Below, in pieces: positions 53,574-64,000 of a DNA stretch of 64,000 nt. This DNA is from Eledone cirrhosa (taxonomy: Eukaryota), in contig OZ024745.1 in NCBI GenBank assembly GCA_964016885.1, positions 102,486,001 to 102,550,000 of the forward strand, written 5' to 3'. The position numbers and the translations under genes are program-made. Every line of letters starts with the position of its first letter. Within the stretch, counting starts at the first letter, position 1. Below the pieces are notes generated by a model. That model saw only the letters and a list, made by a program, of their open reading frames with translations, ran no database searches and was not told the origin of the DNA.

Positions 53574-56500
53574 TGTTGTGAGAGAGTACGACGCTCCCCT
53601 GGTGAGAATGGGCTGGGCTACCAGAACATCTGACGACGAAGGACCGTTCGAAACTCACATTGGTTATTTGACAATTTCTGCTGTCATGGAAAACCTATTA
53701 ACCGCAGTAGTACAACTTCAAGAGAAGCAACAGGAACGACTACAGGAGTTGCAAAAACAAATACTACAACAACAACAATTGAGTTACAGTCGACGAAGTC
53801 CGATAATCCAGTAAGCGCGTTCACGCTAGACAGCGTGGTTAACGTAATTTCTGAATTTACGTATAATCTGGAGGAGGGCATTACGTTTCCAATCCTTATG
53901 GGGTCGATAAAAAAAAAAAATAAAGTACCAGTAATGTACTGGTAATGTACTGGGTAATTGCTGGCCTTGTGCCAAAAGTAGAAACAATTATAGAAGATAC
54001 GAAGACATTTTTAACGAGTTCAAGTCATGGTCGGAGGAGCAGAAAGTAAGGCTTTTACTACGCAAGGTAACTCCTGCCAAACATGAGCGTTACTGTATAA
54101 GTTTATTCTGCTCCTCAAAAAGTCGAGTGAGATTGGTTTCCAAGAAACCGTGGAATTGCTTTCAAAACTTTTTGTGATAGAAGTTCATTGTTTAACACTA
54201 GAATGAACTGTTGGAACTTAACAAAAAATGAGGAGGATTTTATCACTTGCGCCGGAGTAGTCAGCCGTATGTGCGAAAATTTCAAACTCCAGGATCTCAC
54301 TCAGGATATATTCAAATCACTTATCTTCGTGCAAGTATTTAAAGCACCTGAAGATAGAAACATTCGATCAAGGATTCTCTCGAAAATGGAGCAAGCAAAC
54401 CATGATTTACCTCTAAAGACCATCGCAGAAGAGTGTCAGACTATGGCAAATCTTAAACATGTGGAAAAAAATACAAGATAAAGACTCTGCAAAAATTCAA
54501 ATGTGTCGTTCCGGAAAGAACAAAAAAAAAAGTGTCAGGCCTTAATCTGTGTTATGGTTGTGGAGGCCTACACGATAAAAAGGATTGTCTGTTTAAATAC
54601 CAAAAATGCTATAGTTGTCAGAGGCTGGGACACAGGAGTTCTCACTGTATAACAGGACTACGAGGTTCAAACACAAACAGTTCTAAGGTGTTTTCAGCGG
54701 CGAGTGATTGTGTCGGAAAAACAAGAAAATTCGTGCACGTAAAAATAAATGATGTGAATACCAAATTAGTTAGACACAAGTAGTGATATCTCGATTATAA
54801 ATGCGGATAACTTGAAAAAAATTGGTAAACCGAGATTACGTAAAACAGCGAAAATAGCACGTGGTGTAACAGGCGATAAATTACATTTCTTGTATCGACG
54901 TCACATTTCGTGGAGAGACACGCAGCAAAATTATTCGTTGTGGATAATACAATCAATCTGTTTGGCACAGATTGGTTGGAACTATTAGATTTATGGCACC
55001 TCCCCAAGAATCTTTACTGCAATAACATAAATGGTTGTGCCGTTAAAAACAAGTCTTCGCAAGGAAAAATTGAAAAAAAATGTTCCCGCAAGTGTTATCA
55101 ACGGATTTAGGTAGAAAGACAGAAGCCTATTTTCAAGTGAAAATGCGGTACCTGTATTTAAAGCAAACAGAAAAGTACCGTTCGCGGCAATTGAAACCGT
55201 AAATGAAGAGTTGGGCAGACTAGAAAACAGTATAATCACCAAAAAGGTGGATTACTGGAAGTGGGTGGCACCCACGGTATGTATTAAAAAAAAAAATACG
55301 ATTAGGCTGTGTGCCGATTTCTCTACATGATTGATGACTGCTTAAAAACATACCACCATACACTACCGACTGCAGAAGGCATTTTTTTTTAAAGTTAAAT
55401 GGTGGAAACATTTTTTTCAAACTAGATCTGTCGGAAGCCTATTTACAGGTAAATGAAAAATGCTCGAAGTATTTGACAATAAATACACACAGAGGATTAT
55501 ACAGATACACCCGATTACCTTTTGGATTAAAAGTGGCACCAGCAATATTCCAGCAAATCATGGATACTATGTTATCCGACTGGGAATTTACAATCCCGTA
55601 CTTGGACGATATTTTAATCAAGAGTAGTTCTCATGAACAGCATGTGGAATACATAAAAGCTGTGTTTAAGAAAATTAAGGTTTTCGGGTTCACTTTGAGT
55701 GAAGAAAAATGCGAATTCTTTTTGCCCCAAATTAAGTACTTAGGGCAAATAATTGATAAGTGGTAGACGTTCTGACCCGTCGAGGGCAGACGCAATAAGG
55801 AATATGTCTGCGCCGACAAATATTCCAACCTTACAAGCATTTCCTAATATGCTCAAGTTAAGAGCTCCATTGAACGATTTATTAAAAAAGGGAGTAACGT
55901 GGAATTGGTCCTCTCAATGCCAGAACACTTTTGAAGAAAATAAAAGAAATTCTAACCTCGGACCTGTCGTTAGTACATTACAATCCCGAAATGAACATCA
56001 TTGTAGCGTCTTGTGCTTCCGAATACGGATTAGGTGCAGTTCTACTTCATAAATACGAAGGTGGATGTATAAAACCAGTGGTTCATGTGTCGCGCTCGCT
56101 AATAGCGGCTGAGAAGAGATAGTCAAATTGTAAAGGAGGCCCTGGCAATTATTTTTGCAGTTAAACCTTTCACAGGTTTCTGCATAGCAGAATTTTTTTT
56201 TATTGCAAACAGGCCATAGACCTTTGCTGTCGATATGGGTCTAAAAAAGGTTTACCGACTCGTACTGCGAACCGCCTGCAACGTTGGCGTGTAATATTAC
56301 TAAATTATAATTTCAAAATGCAATACATTCCATCGAAAAAAAATCTGTCATGCGGACTGCTTTTCGAGATTAATTCCAAAAAATATGGAACCACTAGAAG
56401 AAACTGTTATAGTCACACTGTAGCCAGAATGTGGAATTAAAAGTGTTATGACGAACGTTATCCAAGAACTACCAGTGACTGCACAGGATATAAGAATGAA

Positions 56501-57963
56501 AGTTGTCGGTGATCAGTATATTACGAAAATGAAAGAAGCTTTAAAAAATAAACGGAATAAAAATTCAGATGCCAGTAGTTTTTCAATTTGCGATGGTATT
56601 CTGATGTAAGCCCCAAAAAGTGGTGGTTCCAACTACATTACAAAAAGGTGTATTGCAACAATTTCACAGCGGACATCCAGGAATGGTAAGGATGAAAATA
56701 CTTATGAGGAGTTATGTCTATTGGCCATCTATGGACCGAAATATAGAGAACGTGCCGAAATTGCGCGCTCGGGGCAAAAGCCGCACCGGTAAAAATATCA
56801 ATCGTAGCCAGAGGAGAACCCATGGTCTAGGGTACACATTGACTATGCTGGATCGGTAAAAGGCGCTTACTACCTAATTGTAGTAGATAGCTGTACTAAG
56901 TGGCCGGGGGTTTGCAGGTGCTATAGACCAACCTCTAAGGCAACTATAAAGTTCTTTTATGAATTGTTTACACGATACGGTGTCCCCGACACGTTAGTTT
57001 CAGATAACGGAACACAGTTCTCTGGGCATGAATTCAAGAACTTCTGTAAAAGGCGTGCGATAAAGCATATTTTCACTCCACCCTACCACCCGATGTCAAA
57101 CAGACAGATAGAAAGATGTAGGCACCTTTAAGAGAGCATTAAGAAAAGCGAGAAATGAATTAAGTAACGACGAAGCACTGACAAATGTCTTAAGAATATA
57201 GTGACCCTAAATCGAAATACAAATGTAGGGAAGTCTCCCACAGAATTGATGTTCGCAAGAAGAATAAAATCCATTTTTGATAAGCTATTACTAGAGGAAA
57301 AAGACGAAAGAGTCAACGAAATACGTCAAGATAGGTGATGAAGTGCATTTCAAAACCTATAGAAACGGTAAAGAAGGCTGGGTAGATGGCCTGGTTACCA
57401 GACAAATTGGAAGTATGATAAAGAAGAGGCATACCCAAGAAGAGGGATAAACCAGATAAAGAAGAGCCATACCCAAGATCAGGAAGAAATTCCCATGAAA
57501 GTATTCTGTGAAATATTAGATGTATCGGTACCAAAAGTAGTAGAGTCCTGTAGAACCAGCATAAGAAAAGGAAAGCACACCGAACACTTTAAGATAATGC
57601 CCAAGCGAAAGAGATGCTACAAAAAAGTATAAATAAAAAAAATGTCTTTATTGCTGTGGAACACAACATCTCAAAAGGGGAGATGTTGTGCGAGTGTACG
57701 ATACCCCACTGGCAAGAATACAAGAAATGGGCTGAACAACTATATATAAATAGTAGCGGCCTGAGTAAGTGGGAAAGTTGGTATTAGTTCCACAGTTCGT
57801 GTATTGATAGTCAAAGTTGGAGTTCAAGTTCACAGTTCGAGTTAGCGTGTTGGATTGTTGGTTCTTAAAATATTGTTGTTGCGTTACATGTGGTTATTGC
57901 CGTTTGTTTTGATTATATTATTACACTGTTGCAGTGTATTCGTTTATACATATGGACATAACA
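53574..57963 (+). mobile_element. Decayed Gypsy (Mag-like) LTR retrotransposon
   Basis: Reduced 5' LTR (53574-~53627) and PBS-like tctgacgacgaag; gag with two CCHC knuckles; RT (YTRLPFG, YLDD); RNase H (ASEYGLGAVL); integrase (HSGHPG, VSDNG); PPT aaaaggggaga; 3' LTR 57684-57963; many stops and frameshifts. Confidence 0.92.
53892..53990 (+). mobile_element. SINE 3' fragment inserted in Gypsy gag
   Basis: atccttatggggtcgataaaa...gtagaaacaatta. Confidence 0.8.
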
Positions 57964-57967
57964 CGTA

Positions 57968-58405
57968 TTGAGAAGTCTGGACGCTGCTGGCTTTCCATCT
58001 CAACCGGAGCCAGAAGGCCTAGACCGCGGAGACGGCAAGCGCCCCGGCGGAATCGCCCTCTTCCCATTCGAAGGAGGTAGATCCCTCATCGGGAACGCCA
58101 CGTGCTGCGACACGTTCTCCGCCTCCATCTTAGTCGCTTCGGGCCACAAACCCCGGCATCGCAGCCCGTCTTTCAGAATAACGCAAAATAAACAAATACC
58201 GAGGTTTGTCCAGCCGCTTCCTCTTCGCACTGGTCGCCGTCGAGACATCAGGTGTACTTGGATCCCGTCCTGCCGAGCTCCTCTGCAAGATCGGAGCGTC
58301 GGCGGCCCGTCTGAGGAGGAGGCTCCCATGAGGTTGTGTGGCTGTTGCAGCAGGTGTTACTGGCCATCGTCCGCGGGAATGCTTTTGCCGTCTTGTCTGC
58401 GGGGC
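57968..58405 (+). mobile_element. CRE-like RLE domain fragment, decayed
   Basis: EPEGLDRGDGKRPGG..PF..GRSL..ATCCDT; VAVETSGVLG; LLAIVRGNAFAVL in shifted frames. Confidence 0.7.
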
Positions 58406-58439
58406 GCAGCACTTTTTCCCCAGGCCCAAAATCCAACAC

Positions 58440-59300
58440 CCTCCTCTCTCTCACTAGACCACCACATTCTTTCCCTCTCTCTCACTAAACCAATAAACTC
58501 TCACCCCCTCACTCTATACCAATTCATACTTCACTCTCTTACAATTTCCCCTCTAAAGCAATAAATTCTCTCCCTCCTCACTCTATACCACTATATACTT
58601 CACTCTCTCGCAATTCCCCCTTTCTCACTAGACCACCATTCTATCCCCATCTTTATATCCCACTACATACCTCACTCTCTCTCACAAGGCCAATAAACTT
58701 TCTCCCTCTCTATAACCCACTACATACCTCACAATCCCCTCTCTCACACTAGACCACCAAATTCTCAACCTCTTTATATTCCACTACATACCTTACTCTC
58801 TCTCACAATTCCCCCTCTGTCACTAGGCTAATAAACTCTCACCTGACTCACTAGGCTAATATACTCTCTCTCCTCTCTATATCCCACTACATACCTCACT
58901 CTCTCACTAGACCACCAAATGCTCTCCCTCTCTCTAAATCTCACTACATACAACACTCTCTTACAATTCCCCCTCTCTAAATAGACCACAAAATTCTCTA
59001 CTCCTCTTTATATTCCACTACATACCTCACTCTCTTTAACTCCACCTGTCTCACTTGGCTAATAAACTCTCACCTCTCTCTATATTCCACGACATACCTC
59101 ACTCGCTTTCACGCTCTTAATTCCCCCTCTCTCATTAAACCAACATTCTTTCTCGCTCTATATATTCATCTCCATACCTCCCTCTCTCACAATTCCTCCT
59201 GTCTCGCTAGACCCCCCCCCCTCTTTCTCTACATGCCTCACACTCTCACAATACCCTCTCATTAGACCACCAAATTCTTTCTCCCCCTCTATATCTCACT
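58440..59300. repeat. Degenerate C/T-rich minisatellite
   Basis: Recurrent modules ctctcactagaccacc, aataaactctc and cccactacatacctcactctc. Confidence 0.85.
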
Positions 59301-59649
59301 TTTTTTTATTTGAAACAACAAACGTTTTCATCTTTTGTAAAGAACGACATTTCTCCATCCCCTTCCCCACTTTTAGAACCCCTGGGGTGTGGGGGAAATC
59401 TTTTATTATTTTTTTGGTGGTGCGTTATTGTTGAATTATTTGACAGGAGTTTAAAATAATTGGTAGTGTTGGTAGTTGTGTGGTGGTAGTGTTGGATTGT
59501 TGGTGGTGGTTATTTTGGATTTATCTATGGACACACGCGTAAAACTTGCTGGGTAAGTTCTGCCTAAATTTCCATAGAAATTCCAAACTGTAAACTTTTA
59601 TTTTTGTACCATTTTGTAGAGGGACTGCCAGGTAAAGTTTTGATCTGGT

Positions 59650-62600
59650 CAGTCTCTCAAATTATTCTACGCCTTTAGGCGACGTTGTGTTGAAAAAAAA
59701 AAATGTTTATCTTTCGAAAAATTTCCTTCTTTGCTAAAAATGGCTGAAGCAGCTTCACCAACATTCAAAGAAAGAAAAGGGAAGCTAAACTCACGGCTTC
59801 CCACTGGCACAGCAGCAGATGCCAAAGGCAGAGGTCAACCAGAGGTAGAACTTTCTCCACCTACTGACCGAAAACTTGATGTAGCCACAACGACACAAGA
59901 AACCGAAAACAGCAACAATAAAGACAACAAAAACACAAACAACAATGATAACAACAACACCACAAACTACAACAGCAACACAAACAAGGAAAAGGTTTCC
60001 TTCGCCCAGACGGCAAGGAAAACCCTCGACTATCTGCCAGTAGATATAAGCAAAGCGAAGGAGCTACTGGCAGATGCCAAAAAATACATAGTGTACGGAG
60101 AAAATGGGAAAACCACACACTTAAAGGCTTTTTGCCCTCTCTTAAATAAACCGAGGACAAAAAGGTGTTATTACCAACACCAAAACCCCAACATCAACAC
60201 GCCAAAAAAAACACAACACAAACACCTGGAACATCCACTCCCACACCACCACAGACCAGAGACAACCACACACACAAAATCCCACTGAAAAACCCTCCAT
60301 TGCCCCCCCCCCCCTGCCAAATACTTCCACAAACACCTGCACAAATACTCCACCACACAACATACCCCTCCCATCTACCCCTGATTCAGAAGTCTCAGAT
60401 ACGGGAACCTCTACATCTCCAAGTTAGAATGAAGAGGAACCCCAAAAATCCCAAAAAACAAAAAAGACACAAAAAGATCTACAGAAAACACGCACACACC
60501 CAACCCCACCATAAACACACCGCCACAAACGACAAACACACCAACAACACAATCACCACCAACACAACCAAACACTCCACCAACAAAACAAACACCCACA
60601 CCACCACAATCACAAACCCCAACCACAAAAAGAAAAGTACAAACAGAAACAGTACACATAAAAAACAAAACACTACACATACATAAAAACAAGAAACAAA
60701 GAACTGGTGGAAACTGTCCGAAAGGACCCCACAATACAAACGGAAGGGAAAATCTTCCCCACCAACGACCCACCCCCAAACCTCAAACTTATCAGGGTAA
60801 CAACCCTACAGTATGAAACTTTAAAAGAGAACTTCCCACATGATGTGCCCCCCCCCTTTCCAAAAGCCCCTTAACCGTGTCCTGCTAAAAGGATTCCCTC
60901 CCTCCCCAAATACCACCAATCTGGACATGGAGATCGAACATCCCGACCTCCAGGCGACTATACAAACTGGATGTTTGAATGTACGTGGCCTGGGCATGTC
61001 CTGGAAACAGGGCCAGCTTTTAAATGATCTTAGGTCACATTGTATAGATGTGATAGCCATCACCGAGTCCAGGATTCATGACAAGCAGCAGCTGACCACC
61101 ATGTTCGATGATTTTGAGATCTACGCATCTCTCTGTCAGTCAGGAGGTGGAAGTTGCTGTTCTGTTTCGAAAAATCTTGGATCTCAAAATAGAGACGATT
61201 CACATGGACCCGGAGGGCAGCCTGGTGGTCCTGGACGTGAATGGTAGTGAAGGTGGAGCTTTCAGACTGGTGGCCATATATGCCCCGACTGGGACATCGC
61301 GACCAGAGTTCTTCAAGCGTCTGGAGCCATTCCTGGGAACGTCTCGCTCCTTAGTGTTAGCGGGGGACTGGAATGGCATCTTAGACGCACGTTGGGACTA
61401 TGTAGGAGCTTGTGATAATAGAGGGGTGTAATAGCCTAAAAAATCTCATCAGCCAATTCCAACTGGCTGATAGATATCGACTAGACTTCCCAAGTGCACC
61501 ACTGTGGACGTGAAGCAACCGCACTGGGTCTTCTAGATCGTATTTAGATAGATTTTTAATTAGACAGAATGATAAGGAAACATTAAGCTGTCCACAAATG
61601 CACATGGTTGCCTATTCAGACCATAAATTAGTCACCTGCGGAGTCAACCTTGATAGAACACATAGACAGGGACCCGGATACTGGAAGCTAAACATGTCGC
61701 TCCCGGTGCGTAAGGCCTACAGTAAACGGATTAGCACCTTAGTTAAGTGCCAGTTGACGGGGGCGATCGTCAACAACAGGTGGTGGAGCTCTCTCAAGAG
61801 AGCAATTAGAATAGAATCTATAGCATTTAGCAAGAAAGTAGCTTTAGAAAAAAACAAAACTGAAAAGGAACTGGTAGCTAAAATAGAAGAGGTACTTAGG
61901 AATGGCAGTACAGCTGACGTGCTAGCGGCGAGAACGGCACTAGACCAGTTCTTCAACGTGAAACACGACGGTTGTATTGTCAGAAGTAGAACACGTGCTA
62001 TAAGAAACGAGGGAGCCAAAGCGGTTACCTGGGCCCGAGTGGCAGAGGCGAAAAGTGGCAACAAATCCACAATTCGGTCTTTGCAAGACAAAGATGGACG
62101 CATTATACTTGTATTCCAGCAGATATGCGTGGCCTTCCAGCAGCATTTTTCACAACTGTTCGGGCAAAGCGGTACATCGATCGAGGTGATGGACTTCAGC
62201 TCTTACCTCGACGGCGTACCGCGACTCTCGAGCACGGATGCGGAGAGCTGCGAAAGGCAGATCACAGCGGGCGCAATAGAAGATGCCCTGGGCCGCTGCG
62301 AGAAACGCAAATCACTCGGTTTAGGTGGTCTACCCTATGAGTTTTACATAGGCATGCCAGACTTGTTCTCTGGCGTCCTCGAAGCGGTCTACTGCAACTG
62401 GCAGCAGAACGGGAGGATTCCCAGTTCTGTAGGCAGAGGCGTAGTAACGCTGATCAGGAAAGATGAGAACAAGGGGGATGAGATAAGCAATTTCAGGCCC
62501 ATAACTCTGCTCAACACTGAGTTAAAGATTTTGGCCAAGGTGTTAGCAGCAAGGCTGGCGCTTGTCGTCGAGAACCTGGTAGGGGAAGCGCAAACGTGTG

Positions 62601-64000
62601 CAATGCCGACCAGGTCCATACACGACAACCTCCACCTCATGCGATACATCATAGAGAGGGTAGGGTGTAAATCTGGCTTCGATGGGGCTCTGATCAATAC
62701 TTGGAGGCAGTTCTCAAGTCGGCCGGCTTCGGTCCCGTCTTCAGAGGCTGGATCGCTGCCATGCACACCAGCATCTGCTCGGCAGACAAGGTGAATGGCT
62801 ACCTATCATAGCCATTCCAAATCATGCGTTCCATCCGTCATGGATGCCCTCTCTCCTCCATTCTGTATGTACTGACTCTCGAGCCGTTATTGCGGAAATT
62901 GGAGCTGTTGCAGGGCATCCCGATCGAACCAGGACTGCGGAAAGCAGCGTCAGCCTATGCCGACGACATAACCGTAATGGTGTCGAAAACCTTGGAAATT
63001 AGGGTAATCGGCAACCTATTACAAGAATACGAAACGCTGACAGGAGCAAGACTAAACCCAAACAAGTCTGTCGGTTTGCAACTCGGCACATGGAGAGGCA
63101 AACCCATGCCTTCCTACAGTGTCGTTGGACGCTGGACGGAAGGACCGGTGAAATTGCTCGGGGTCTGGTTCGGTCCAGACCTCCAGGTGGACAAGAACTG
63201 GAACGAGGTCACGGCGAAGGTGTTTGCACTCACCCAGAAGTGGGCTGAGTGCAAACTCTCCTTGAAAGTTGGAGCGGAGGTGGCGAACACTTACATAGCG
63301 TCGATCATATACTACCGCTTGACAGTCCTGCCTTCCCCCGCGAATACCTTACCAAAATGGAACGCCTACTCTTCAAGTTCCTCTGGAAGAAACAGGCTCC
63401 ATTGGTGAGGAGATCCATCTGCTGTCAACACCCTTCTAAGGGAGGGCTGGGCATGCCGTGGCTGATGATGCGCAAACATACGCTGAGGCTACGCCATCTC
63501 CAAGTATTCCTGACCGGTGAACCGGTGTGGCTATCGTTTGTGAGACAAGCTCTTCCACAACTCGTCTCACTAACAGAGCTGCAGTCCTGGGTCAAGCGAA
63601 GACCGAAAATGGGTGCCTGGCACCTCGAGTGCCTACAGGCGCTCACAGCTCTCTACCAAGCGGAAACGGCAATCAGCGGAGACTCCACTTCGACATTCTA
63701 TAGGGGATTAGTGGAGGATAAGTGCGACGACGTTCTCGGGGAAACTCTAGGCATCGAGGAGGACGAACTGACCAGTCTGTTCGGGAGGACTTTCCGTCCA
63801 GGGCCTATGGATAACTTCCAGAGTTCTCTGGCCTGGCAGTGCTACCGAGGAGCTCTACCAGTTCGAGACAAAATCTACAGGCACAGACGCCCTGGCAGAG
63901 ATCCTGCCAAAAGGACCTGTCCAAGATGCAAGCAGGACATCGAAACCGTTCTGCACGCAATTGTTCAGTGCTCACGGGTGACCGATCTGTGGAATTATGT
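59650..64000 (+). mobile_element. Decayed Tx1/L1-clade LINE, running off the window end
   Basis: Low-complexity ORF1 remnant from ATG 59740; APE (CLNVRGL, AITES, AIYAP, AGDWN, YSDH); GPGYWKLN; FRPITLLNTELKILAK; YADD; CPRC..ETVLH..C knuckle; several frameshifts. Confidence 0.88.

Overview
AT-rich eukaryotic, repeat-dominated DNA with no confidently identifiable host protein-coding gene. The tRNA-head SINE family, (GAT)n-tailed RTE LINEs and very long (TA)/(CA) tracts suggest a cephalopod (octopus-like) genome; this is inference. The central feature is an old inverted duplication (arms ~17527-18208 + 44571-44969 versus 45163-46802). One arm appears split by ~26 kb of microsatellite plus about 12 nested retroelement insertions from several families. 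These include an intact full-length CR1-clade LINE with an unusual ORF1 (Myb/SANT-like start, polyQ, two CCCH-like fingers) and a candidate -1 ribosomal frameshift into ORF2, an open PHD-bearing RTE, an R4/Dong-like RLE element, three copies of a bipartite non-autonomous RTE derivative, an RTE/CR1 chimera and a hammerhead-bearing Penelope-like remnant. Outside the nest are a head-to-tail Helitron dimer, further hammerhead or hairpin elements in (TA)n, decayed RTEs, SINEs, a dead Gypsy element, CRE-like fragments and a decayed Tx1/L1-like LINE. All calls were made by eye, without database searches, and boundaries are approximate.
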